From Myxococcales bacterium (GTDB lineage Bacteria; Myxococcota_A; Polyangia; Polyangiales; DASUME01): a stretch of 64,000 bases of DNA. A program made the position numbers and the translations under genes. The DNA lies in assembly GCA_047601445.1 (NCBI GenBank), contig JASGJH010000001.1, positions 1,536,001-1,600,000 on the forward strand, in the 5' to 3' direction. The notes beneath the pieces were generated by a model. That model was not told the origin of the DNA, ran no database searches, and worked only from the letters and a program-made list of their open reading frames with translations. Within the stretch, counting starts at the first letter, position 1; each line of letters begins with the position of its first letter. Positions 49,913-58,598 of this stretch are shown here, one piece after another.

Positions 49913-50071
49913 GTGGTTTCCACTTTCATTCTAGTTCGGGCGCAAGCCTTCGAACGTGACCGGCCTCGCCGGACGCGACCTGCGCAACCAGCCGTTTAAA
50001 GACACTTTTCCCGCATTCACAGTTGCCCTCGGCAGCGCCGCGTGCAAATTGAACGTGGTTTTCATTTTCAT
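49913..50071. promoter_or_regulatory. Two Fur-like boxes upstream of exbB
   Basis: GTGGTTTCCACTTTCAT (49913-49929) and GTGGTTTTCATTTTCAT (50055-50071); reverse of 50051-50069 is GAAAATGAAAACCACGTTC (13/19 to GATAATGATAATCATTATC). Confidence 0.6.
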
Positions 50072-50161
50072 AACTGGTGCCCGTTGTCAAGGCGCTGGGG
50101 CTGCACTGTGGCTCGCGGGTTGCGGCAGCGAAGGCGACTTCAAACTCACGGGAGACGTCTG

Positions 50162-50911
50162 GTGATCGAACATCTTACTCACGTCATGGTCAGCTCGGGG
50201 GCGGCCTGGGTCCTCTGGCTCTTGTTCAGCTTGAGCTTCGTCTCCGTCGCGGTGGCCGTGGAGCGGGCGCTCGCGTTTCGCCGCACCGGCGGCAACCTCA
50301 CCGTGCTGGTGCCCGAGCTACGCAAGCTGCTTCGCATCGACGCCCATGACCGCGCGAAACAGCTGCTCGATCAGGACGACAGCGTCGAGGCACGCGTGGT
50401 GGCCGCCGGCCTGTCCGAGAGCGACCTCGGCTCCGCTGCCGCCGAAGAAGCCATGGCTGCCGCGATGGGCCTCGAGCGCAAGCGCCTGGAGAAGCGCTTG
50501 TTGTTCCTCGGGACGGTGGGCAACAACGCGCCCTTCATCGGCCTCCTGGGAACCGTGATCGGCGTGGTGGGAGCCTTCGAAGAGCTCGGTAAACCCCAGG
50601 CCATGACCAGCGCGATGGGCACGGCGGCGGCCCTGGCCCCAGAGCGCGTGATGGGCACCATCGCCGAAGCGTTGGTTGCGACCGCGGTGGGCCTGGTGGT
50701 GGCGATCCCTGCGGTGGCAGTCTTCAACTATTTCCAGGGGCGCGTGACGGCTGCCATCGCCGACGCGGAGACGCTGGGCCACGTGCTGTTGGCGCACCTG
50801 CGAGCGGAGCACGATCCTGCGTTACGGCACGCTCAGAGCAAGCAGCTCGCCCAGCAGCAACACCAACCAAGCGCGAGCGAAGGCCGCGTCATCGAGAGTC
50901 CCGCGGAGTGA
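50162..50911 (+). CDS. exbB: MotA/TolQ/ExbB proton channel protein
   Basis: LGTVGNNAPFIGLLGTVIG, IAEALVATAVGLVVAIPA. Confidence 0.9.
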   Translation: MIEHLTHVMVSSGAAWVLWLLFSLSFVSVAVAVERALAFRRTGGNLTVLVPELRKLLRIDAHDRAKQLLDQDDSVEARVVAAGLSESDLGSAAAEEAMAAAMGLERKRLEKRLLFLGTVGNNAPFIGLLGTVIGVVGAFEELGKPQAMTSAMGTAAALAPERVMGTIAEALVATAVGLVVAIPAVAVFNYFQGRVTAAIADAETLGHVLLAHLRAEHDPALRHAQSKQLAQQQHQPSASEGRVIESPAE

Positions 50912-50914
50912 GCC

Positions 50915-51358
50915 ATGGCTGGTTTTTCTTCCAACAAACCGAGCGCACCGATCACCGGCATCAACGTCACGCCGCTCGTGGACATCACCCTGGTGCTGCT
51001 GATCATCTTCATGGTCACCGCCAAGCTCGTGGTCTCGCGCGCGGTGCCGCTGGACCTGCCCAAGGCAGCCACCGGCGGTGAGGTGCAGCAGATTTTCAGC
51101 GTCTCGCTGCGCACCGACGGCGTGAGCTTCGTCGACGGCATGCAGGTCGACTCGGACCGCGAGCTCTTGAACCGAGCTCGCAGCGCCCTCGCGCAACACC
51201 CCGAGCTGCGCGCGGTGGTGCAGGCCGACGGCTCGGTCGAGCACCGCCGCGTGATGCATGCGCTCGACGTGTTGCGCCAGGCGGGACTGTCGCGGGTCGC
51301 CTTCGGGGTGTCCCTGGGCGCGCCGGTCGAGGCCCTGGAGATGGAGCCTTCCCAGTGA
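50915..51358 (+). CDS. exbD: ExbD/TolR biopolymer transport protein
   Basis: INVTPLVDITLVLLIIFMVT, LDLPKA, QADG.V. Confidence 0.92.
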   Translation: MAGFSSNKPSAPITGINVTPLVDITLVLLIIFMVTAKLVVSRAVPLDLPKAATGGEVQQIFSVSLRTDGVSFVDGMQVDSDRELLNRARSALAQHPELRAVVQADGSVEHRRVMHALDVLRQAGLSRVAFGVSLGAPVEALEMEPSQ

Positions 51359-52233
51359 GTTCGCCCTGGGAGCTCGCCGAACTCGACGCGGGCGGCGACC
51401 TCTCGCAGCTCACGCGGCTCGCAAAGGACAGGCCGCGTTGTCGCGCGCTCGATGAGTTTCCGGTCAGCTCATGGAACGCGCCTCTGATGGCTGCGGCAGG
51501 CACGCTGTGCGCCCACGGTGCGCTCGTACTGCTAGCGACGTGGCTTGGGCTGCGTCAGCCCCGTCCGCGCGTCGAATCGGTACCGGTGACCCAGATGATG
51601 GAGGTCGACCTGACGCCTCCACCCCCCAAGCCCGTTGTGCCCGAAGAGCACTCGCCCGATCGCCTAACCGAGCCAAGCGCCAAGGCGCCCGTACCGCGCA
51701 TGCGCGAGCCCAAGCTCGAAGCGCCAAAGCCTCCCACGCAGGCTGCCCCGCCGCCCGCCGCGGCTGAAGCTGCTCAGGTACTCACGCAGGAGTCTCCCGT
51801 GGCGGACGTCGGCGAGGCCATCGTGGTCGGTAACGCGGCCGTGCACGCGGGGGGAACCAGCGAGGCCGGAGGCACTGCCACGCACGCCGTGCACGACCTC
51901 GCTGCGCGCGCGGGCGGCGTCGAAGCTGGCACGGGGCGAGACCTCGCGGCAGATCGCTCGCGTCAGCCGGCGCTGGCCGGCGGCTTCGAGTGGGATTGCC
52001 CCTTCCCCGAGGAAGCAGAAGACGAAGGCATCGACGACGGCCACGTGACACTGCGGGTCGAGGTTGGTGCCGACGGCAGCGTGCTCGAGGTGCAGGTGCA
52101 ATCCGATCCGGGCTACGGCTTCGGCCGCGAAGCCAAGCGCTGCGCGCTGCGCAAGCGCTGGGTCGCAGGGCTCGACCGCGCAGGCCTGCCCACGCGCTCG
52201 GCGGCCCTCGTGCGGGTGAAGTTCGAGCGCTGA
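51355..52233 (+). CDS. tonB: Energy transducer TonB
   Basis: TM helix with His, Pro-rich linker, FPEEA...GID.G.V.LRVEV..DG TonB_C; GTGA overlap with exbD. Confidence 0.8.
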   Translation: MSSPWELAELDAGGDLSQLTRLAKDRPRCRALDEFPVSSWNAPLMAAAGTLCAHGALVLLATWLGLRQPRPRVESVPVTQMMEVDLTPPPPKPVVPEEHSPDRLTEPSAKAPVPRMREPKLEAPKPPTQAAPPPAAAEAAQVLTQESPVADVGEAIVVGNAAVHAGGTSEAGGTATHAVHDLAARAGGVEAGTGRDLAADRSRQPALAGGFEWDCPFPEEAEDEGIDDGHVTLRVEVGADGSVLEVQVQSDPGYGFGREAKRCALRKRWVAGLDRAGLPTRSAALVRVKFER

Positions 52234-52261
52234 CGCCTCCGTCGCGCCGGCTCGAAAGGCC

Positions 52262-53590
52262 TTACTCCTCGTCGAGGTCCACGCGCCCGAAGCGCGGGTT
52301 CACGATGGTGTTGTGGACGCTGCCGAAGGTGTAGGTCAGCGCGAACTCGCCGACGAGCATGAAATCCGTCGGTTGTTGCACGGTCCACAGCAGCAGCTCG
52401 TGATCGGTGACCGGTCTACCCCGCAGGTTGATCAGGTCCTTCACGTAGGCGGACTCTCCCTCGAGGGTCATGGCCAGGCCCTCGAACAGCCGCAAACTCA
52501 GCACTACGCCCATGCTCACCCGGTACAGACGCGGATCATCGAGGAACATGTTGACCTGTCCGATCCACTGCACGCTGCCCCAGGGCTGGTTCACGTCGGC
52601 GATCAACGAGAGCGCGTGGTAGGGGCGAACCTCCTGCAGGATTTGCTCGGTGTTGCGCTCGAAGTAGCGGTTGGCCCAAACGCCCACCTGATAGGCCGTG
52701 CGCAGCTGCCGCGTCGCGTTCTCCGTGTAGGGGAACGCGTTGATCTCCACGATGGGTCCACCGTTCAGGTGCCAGCGTACGTTCTCGAACTCGCTCGCTT
52801 CGGCGGTGGCGATGGCGCCGAGGGCCATGTGATGGCGCACCGAGTGCGCGTAGACCCCGCGGCCGTTCCAGCCGAACACGTCACCGCTGATGCGGCGGCC
52901 GTCTTCGAGGCGATAGCCGGTGAAGTGCCGCTCGTACCCGCCGCGCAGCCGAAACTTGGAGCTGTCCGTGATGCGCCGCACGGTGAGCGCGGAGGTGGCC
53001 TCGACGAAGTAGTAGCCGCTACCGGCCTCGCCACTCCCGCCGAGTTCGGGAGTGAAGACCCAGTAGTGCCAGGGGTCGGTGAGCTTGCTGAGCGTGGTGT
53101 TCTCGCGCTTGGGGATACCGAGTTCGAAGGCGGCTCGATGTGGTGTGTCCTCGAGGGCCAGGTAGAGCACACGCAGGCTGAGCTGGAGCACGCGCTCACG
53201 CACGGAGTGGGCGGGCGCGTAGGGTGGCAGCGCAGTGGACTCCGAGCCCTCACGCTGGAACGCGCCGTCACGCAGGCGTCGGCTCAAGGTCACCGTCCAG
53301 CGCTCACCACCGTTGCCAGCGGGCTGCCGCACCAGGAGCAGCGTGAAATCTGCCAGGTGGGGATCACGCACGAGGTCGAAGTAGCTGAGCTCCTGGCGCA
53401 GGTACGAGTCGAAGCACTCGCCCTGACAAGACAAGAACACGCGCGGCACGGCAGCCGGCCCCTGGGCGCGCGCAGTCGGAGTCAGCGCCGAGGGCAGGCT
53501 CCAAAGGAGGAGGAGAAGGAGCGCCAGCGCCGCCCGAGCGCAGAGCCGACGATCACGGAGCAGCAGGCAGGCAAGGCACGGAGGAGACAC
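52262..53590 (-). CDS. Uncharacterised outer-membrane protein (about 440 aa)
   Basis: Signal peptide; VFLSC..C..SYLRQEL.Y...VRD...AD N-terminal domain; DPWHYWVF then amphipathic beta strands; ends TYTFGS..N.IVNPRF; start uncertain. Confidence 0.75.
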   Translation of the reverse strand: MSPPCLACLLLRDRRLCARAALALLLLLLWSLPSALTPTARAQGPAAVPRVFLSCQGECFDSYLRQELSYFDLVRDPHLADFTLLLVRQPAGNGGERWTVTLSRRLRDGAFQREGSESTALPPYAPAHSVRERVLQLSLRVLYLALEDTPHRAAFELGIPKRENTTLSKLTDPWHYWVFTPELGGSGEAGSGYYFVEATSALTVRRITDSSKFRLRGGYERHFTGYRLEDGRRISGDVFGWNGRGVYAHSVRHHMALGAIATAEASEFENVRWHLNGGPIVEINAFPYTENATRQLRTAYQVGVWANRYFERNTEQILQEVRPYHALSLIADVNQPWGSVQWIGQVNMFLDDPRLYRVSMGVVLSLRLFEGLAMTLEGESAYVKDLINLRGRPVTDHELLLWTVQQPTDFMLVGEFALTYTFGSVHNTIVNPRFGRVDLDEE

Positions 53591-53633
53591 GGTTTCGACA
53601 GCTGCGCCCGAGCCGTTCTGATCGGGCGTTATT

Positions 53634-53822
53634 GATAATGAAAATCCTATTCTAAATAGCGAGCCTGGCCGACCTGTCAAGCCGCGCCCCCCTACGCGCA
53701 GGACACCATTCTGGAATTTTCGCGCAGCAATCGAGTGAAGCGAAAGCCGACCGAGCCGCGTCAAGCCACGGATCGGGTCGAATAGCGCGGGTCAAACTCA
53801 CGCGAAGATGAAAACGGAAGTC
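53634..53822. promoter_or_regulatory. Fur box plus a second Fur-like site upstream of the OM protein
   Basis: GATAATGAAAATCCTATTC (53634-53652; 15/19 to the Fur consensus) and GAAGATGAAAACGGAAGTC (53804-53822). Confidence 0.65.
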
Positions 53823-53863
53823 AATTGTGGACGGCATGCCATCCGCTACCGAACGCCCGCGGA

Positions 53864-55241
53864 TCAGGTCCCGCGGCGCCTTACGAGTAGCTCCACCATC
53901 ACCGGCTTCGACGGCCGCACGGTGCCGATGGCCACGGGCCTCACGTCATGACAGGGCCGCAGGTTGAACTCGTAGCGGAGCAGCATCTGAGCCACCAGGA
54001 TGGTGGTCTCGATGAGCGAGAATGTGTTGCCGATGCAGATGCGGGGGCCGATGGAGAACGGCAGATAGCTCCCCGGGTGCCGCCCCTTGTTGCGAGCCGG
54101 CTCGAAGCGCTCTGGATCGAAGCGCTCGGGTCGTTCCCAGGTGATCGCGGTGCCGATGCGCCGCCCAGATGAAGGGCAAGACGACCTCCCCTGCTTCCAC
54201 GCGATAGCCCCCGAGCTCGTCGGCGGCCACGGCGTTGCGCCCCACGATGGCCGCGGGAGGGCGCAGGCGCAGCGTTTCATCGATGACCTGCCGGACGTAC
54301 TGGAGTTTCGGCACGTCGGCGAACCCAGGATCGCGACCACCGAGTACGCCATCCACTTCTTCGACCATGCGGCGCAGCACCTCGCGTTCTTCGGAGAGCA
54401 GCGCGAACAACCAGGTCAACGTGAGCGCGGTGGTCTCGTGTCCGGCGAGGAAGAGCGTCAGCACCTCGGAGCGCACGGCCTGGTCGGAGAGGGGCTGGCC
54501 CTGTTCGTCGCGGGCATCGAGCAACATGGAGAGCAGCGTGCCCGAGTCGGCGCCCCGCTCGCGCCCCACTCGGATGATGTCGTAGACGTTTTGGTTGAGC
54601 TCACGCAACGTGCGTCTGAATTTGAAGTTGTGGGGCGTGGGCAGCCAGCTCGGCAGCGGCACACCGTTGACGCCGTTGCTGAGCACCTCCAGGGCCTCGC
54701 TCATGGTGTGGTAGGAGATTGCACCGCTCGCCAACGTACCGGGTCCGAACAGCGCGTTGACCACCACGTCCATGGTGACCGCGACCATCTCGCGATGGAT
54801 ATCCAGGGTTTTCGAGGTAGTGCCGATGCGCGCGGAGAGGTCGTCGAAGTAGCGGGCGCCACGATCGATCATGATCTGCGCGAGCCGCTCCAAAGATTGC
54901 CGATGGAATGCCGGTTGCGCGAGCGTACGCCGAGCGCGCCAGGCTTCCCCTTCCAAGGTCACGAGCCCATCGCCCACCAAGGTCCGCAAGTGGTCGTAGA
55001 CGGGCCCCTTCACGTAGTTCTGACGCTGTCCCAGCAGCACACGTTGAAGGTCGTCGGGGTGGGCCGCCACGGTGGCGCGCATGCTGGCGGTGCGGATACG
55101 AAACACGTCGCCGTGCACCGCCCACTGCTGCTCGAAGAACGGCAAGAGTCCGCGGAACACCCCGAGGTTGCCGACCACCGGCCAAGCCCGCGGGCCAGGG
55201 GCCACGCGTTTTACGCTCTCGATCGTCTGCGTCTCTTGCAT
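53864..55241 (-). pseudogene. Cytochrome P450 with a +1 frameshift near 54140 (real lesion or sequencing error)
   Basis: AGHETT and ETLR in one frame; PERF and [10 protein letters not shown] heme motif in another; removing one C gives ...HRHRDHWERPERF..., 458 aa. Confidence 0.9.
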
Positions 55242-55323
55242 GGGCTTCCCTCGTCCTTCGGTTTCAGGCCCGGATGGGCGGGCGATGGCTCGATTGGCAG
55301 GTCACGTCGTCTCGCTGGTGGTC

Positions 55324-55899
55324 TCAGTAATCGGCGGGCGCGCACAGGCTGACGCCACGCGCAGCGGCTCCCGCAATGCCTTCATTGCAACGTTCGCCCG
55401 CGGCGCAGTCGGAGTCACAAAAGCAGTACGTGCGGCACGCGCCCGCCACGCAGGTCTGCTGCGGCGGACAGGTGGTCGAGAGCGCCGACTCTCCGCACGG
55501 AGTCGCCGGCAGCCCACTGAAGACACAGCGTCCGGTGAGCGGGCTGGCCTGCGGATCCAGCGTGCACTGGGTGACCCCTGCGGTGCAGCCGGTATTGCGG
55601 ACTGGATCGCAGCCAGTCACCGCGGCTGGCACGCATTGCTCCGGCTGACCTGCGTCGTCCCGCGAGCTCGCATCGGCCACGGCCCCATCGGAGCGCGGCT
55701 CGGGCTTGGAGGCATCGTGGACCGGATCCTCAGGGTCGGGGTCGTCATCGCCGTCGGCTTCTGGCTCGCTCGGCTCGAGCACAGCCCCATCGCGGCCCGC
55801 GTCCTGCTGAGGCTCCACCAGCGCCAGAGCGTCGCCGCCGGACCCGCCGAAGCGACAACCCGCGAGGACCAGCCACAGCATCCTGCGCAGCGCCCTCAT
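55324..55899 (-). CDS. Cys-rich lipoprotein
   Basis: Lipobox LAGC, acidic linker, CDPV.NTGC...C...CRTYCFCDSDC; ATGA overlap with the FadL-like gene. Confidence 0.8.
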   Translation of the reverse strand: MRALRRMLWLVLAGCRFGGSGGDALALVEPQQDAGRDGAVLEPSEPEADGDDDPDPEDPVHDASKPEPRSDGAVADASSRDDAGQPEQCVPAAVTGCDPVRNTGCTAGVTQCTLDPQASPLTGRCVFSGLPATPCGESALSTTCPPQQTCVAGACRTYCFCDSDCAAGERCNEGIAGAAARGVSLCAPADY

Positions 55900-57416
55900 A
55901 GATTCACCGCCAAGTACAAGCCTGCCGTGGTCAGCCAGCCTCCGCTGGAGAAGCCGGGCCAGCCAGGATTGTTGGTCTGCAGGCCCGCGGCACCGGCAAT
56001 GGGCACGCCGCTCAACTGGGCGTCATCTGGTACTTCGTCTTTGACGAGCGAAGGAGTGCGGTCGCGACCGTCGGCAAAACTCGGCGGCGTGAGCTTGCGA
56101 ACCGACCGATGCAGCAGCCAGAAGCTCTGCAATGACACGCCCAGCCTCAACGTCGTATCGAGGACACGAAATGCGTAGTCGAGGTTGAGGTTGGTGCCCA
56201 CCCGGTCGTTGTCCACGTAGTTCGAGCGTCCGAACTGGAGTGGCACCGGGGTCGGCTTGTACTGGAGATCGAGGCCGACTCGCAAGTCGTGGAACGTGCC
56301 TCGCAGCCCCACCGCGGGCGTGATGGTATCCTGCCAGGCGAGCCCAGGTAGAGGTCGCTCGCCATGACGATCGACGTAGCGAGACCAGCGACCGAACAAC
56401 GCCGAGGCGGACAGTGTCAGGGTGCGCGAAGCCTGCTGCAGCACGTCGACGCTGGTGCCTAGCGAGGCCTGCCAGGGCATCCAGTCGAACACGAAGTGCA
56501 TGCTGGAGGTCTGTTCCAGGCCGCTCGCGAGCAAGAACCGGACGTGGGCGTCCACCTGCTGCCGCTGCGGAGCGTGCAACGTGCCCGTGATGCGCCAGCG
56601 CGGCAACGGGTTCCAGGCGAAGCCACCATGCGGCGCGAAGCCCACGTTGCCCTGGGCGTCCACGTTGAGCACCAGGTCCTGCAGTCGAGCTGCGTCGGCC
56701 ACGAACACTGGCGTAGTGGCCGCGGCGCGCACGACGAAGCTGCTGCCGAGCCCGAGCGAGAAGGCTTTGTTGAAGCGATAGCCAATCCCCGTCGACATGG
56801 CCAGGGGCGAGGTACGATCCCCGTACAGCTCCGGGTGCAAGCTGTTCGAGAGGTATTGTTCACGCTCGTCCACGTAGAAGCTGCGCATGCGCAGGAACGG
56901 CTGGTTGGGAATGAGTCCGTAGAGGCCGATCGAGAGCCGCCGCTCGAAGAACTGCGCCACGATGCCAATGGCCTCGTAGCTCTGGGTGCCCTTCCCGGTC
57001 CCCGCAGCTTGCCTCGGACGCGCACTGGTGGCGCTGTGAATGCTGGACTCCTCCCGACCGTGCTCGAGGATGTCCGTGCCGAGGGGATAGCCATCGAAGC
57101 GCGTACCGTCGGCATGGGCGGCGTTCTCGAAGTCGTTGGGCACGTCGGCGCGCGGGTCGCCACGGGCCGCGACCTGTACATCGATCGCGCTGTGTAGGAT
57201 CAGAACACCCAGGCTGACTCCAGTGCTTCCGTCGCCCAAGAGTGCGGGATTGAAGTAGGCAGCCGAGGCACCGTTGGCCAGGGTGCGTCCCTGCTGTCCG
57301 CCCTGATCGCCGATCGAGCCGCCGAGCTCGAGCAGCGGAGAAGCATGGACGGGCCCTGCGAGCCACATGCTCCAGGCCAAGAGGCACACCGCCAACCAGC
57401 ACCGCTCAATACGCAT
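55896..57416 (-). CDS. OmpP1/FadL family outer-membrane channel
   Basis: Signal peptide; ASAAYFNPALL FadL signature; PTPVP.Q.GRSNYVDNDR; beta strands. Confidence 0.8.
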   Translation of the reverse strand: MRIERCWLAVCLLAWSMWLAGPVHASPLLELGGSIGDQGGQQGRTLANGASAAYFNPALLGDGSTGVSLGVLILHSAIDVQVAARGDPRADVPNDFENAAHADGTRFDGYPLGTDILEHGREESSIHSATSARPRQAAGTGKGTQSYEAIGIVAQFFERRLSIGLYGLIPNQPFLRMRSFYVDEREQYLSNSLHPELYGDRTSPLAMSTGIGYRFNKAFSLGLGSSFVVRAAATTPVFVADAARLQDLVLNVDAQGNVGFAPHGGFAWNPLPRWRITGTLHAPQRQQVDAHVRFLLASGLEQTSSMHFVFDWMPWQASLGTSVDVLQQASRTLTLSASALFGRWSRYVDRHGERPLPGLAWQDTITPAVGLRGTFHDLRVGLDLQYKPTPVPLQFGRSNYVDNDRVGTNLNLDYAFRVLDTTLRLGVSLQSFWLLHRSVRKLTPPSFADGRDRTPSLVKDEVPDDAQLSGVPIAGAAGLQTNNPGWPGFSSGGWLTTAGLYLAVNL

Positions 57417-58416
57417 CGGCCGTCAACTCGGGCGCGAGGCTGCGCACGCTGGCACAGACCTCGCTGTCGGTGCCCACGGCCTGGGCCGCAGAGAGCTTGG
57501 CGAACACGGCGTAGTGCAGCGAGGCGTCGCCGTCCTTGGCGCCGGCTGCCTTGAGGGCATCGGTGGTGACCCCGAGCACCGACTCTTCCTGGCCCCAGTC
57601 GAGCGGCAGGCGAAACGTCGTGGCGCGCTTGTCGACTTGCCCGCTGTAGCTGGTCCAGGAGCGCGATGCGCTGTAGCGCGTGCCGTTCAACACACCGCTG
57701 ATGTGGATGGAGATGCCCGGCTGGCCGTCGCGGTCCCAATCTTCCCAACCTACCGTATCGCCCTGGGCCGGCTGTTCGAGCGACGGCAACGGTCGACTCG
57801 TATCGCCGTAGTACGGCATGGTGGCGCCTAACACGCGGTAGTCGCGGCCCCACTGGACGCTGCAACGGCTTCCCATCAGCTTGGCTTTGCCGGTCCGGCG
57901 ATGCGGATCGTTCTTGGCTTGCATGGCTGGCCACGCTTCGTGCATGTCGATACTGACGCCCAACGATCCGACCCGATTGGCCCCGGTCCCACAGACCAGG
58001 CCCTTTTTCACGCGCAGGTTCTCCCCACTCTGCTCGACCTCCAGATACACCCACCACAGCGTGGCCTGCTTGATGCCGAGACCACTCGCCACGAGGCGCT
58101 CGGTGATCAACCAGCGCCCGCTGAAGTCGCAGTCCGGGTTGGCAGGGATGGCGCCCGCGTCGCCGCCCATGCCCGCGTCGAAGTCACCGGCATCGGGTTC
58201 CGGCGCGGGTCCCTCGTCGCTCTCCGCATCCCCTGCTGCATCGGGCGCGGATGCCGCGCCATCGCGGGGCTCATCGTAGGAAGACGCGTCTGCATAGCGA
58301 TCGGGCGGCACCTCGGTCACGAAGCACCCTCCGTGACAAAGCGCTGCTACGAGTACTGCGTTGCGTGCCAGCGGCGGCGTCGCGCAAGCGCGGTCTACGA
58401 ACGCCATCCTCACCAT
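57406..58416 (-). CDS. Hypothetical lipoprotein (beta-rich, possibly lipid-binding)
   Basis: Lipobox-like HGGC, DAG-rich linker, CDFSGRW, WEDWDRDGQPGI; overlaps the FadL start by 11 nt. Confidence 0.7.
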   Translation of the reverse strand: MVRMAFVDRACATPPLARNAVLVAALCHGGCFVTEVPPDRYADASSYDEPRDGAASAPDAAGDAESDEGPAPEPDAGDFDAGMGGDAGAIPANPDCDFSGRWLITERLVASGLGIKQATLWWVYLEVEQSGENLRVKKGLVCGTGANRVGSLGVSIDMHEAWPAMQAKNDPHRRTGKAKLMGSRCSVQWGRDYRVLGATMPYYGDTSRPLPSLEQPAQGDTVGWEDWDRDGQPGISIHISGVLNGTRYSASRSWTSYSGQVDKRATTFRLPLDWGQEESVLGVTTDALKAAGAKDGDASLHYAVFAKLSAAQAVGTDSEVCASVRSLAPELTADAY

Positions 58417-58598
58417 GCCTCCAGGCGCGAATCCCGCGCCAACCCATCCGCCACGGACGAAGGGCACGCGCCGCCCGTGCGCGGCGATGCCCGTGTATTC
58501 ATGTCCGGGAAGGCACGAAGTTATGACCACCAGGTGAACTTTTTTGAAGCCTCCCCGGCATCCCGCCCCACCGGCGCCCTGCGCCGCCGCGCCCAACG

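Noticed and set aside
50162..52233. Assignment as tolQRA or a gliding motor (aglRQS)
   Set aside because: No tolB/pal or agl/glt genes are adjacent, and the Fur-like boxes favour ExbBD-TonB; not fully excluded.
54130..54150. Programmed ribosomal frameshifting in the P450 and MG2 genes
   Set aside because: No slippery heptamer or evident stimulatory element; a simple 1-bp insertion explains both.
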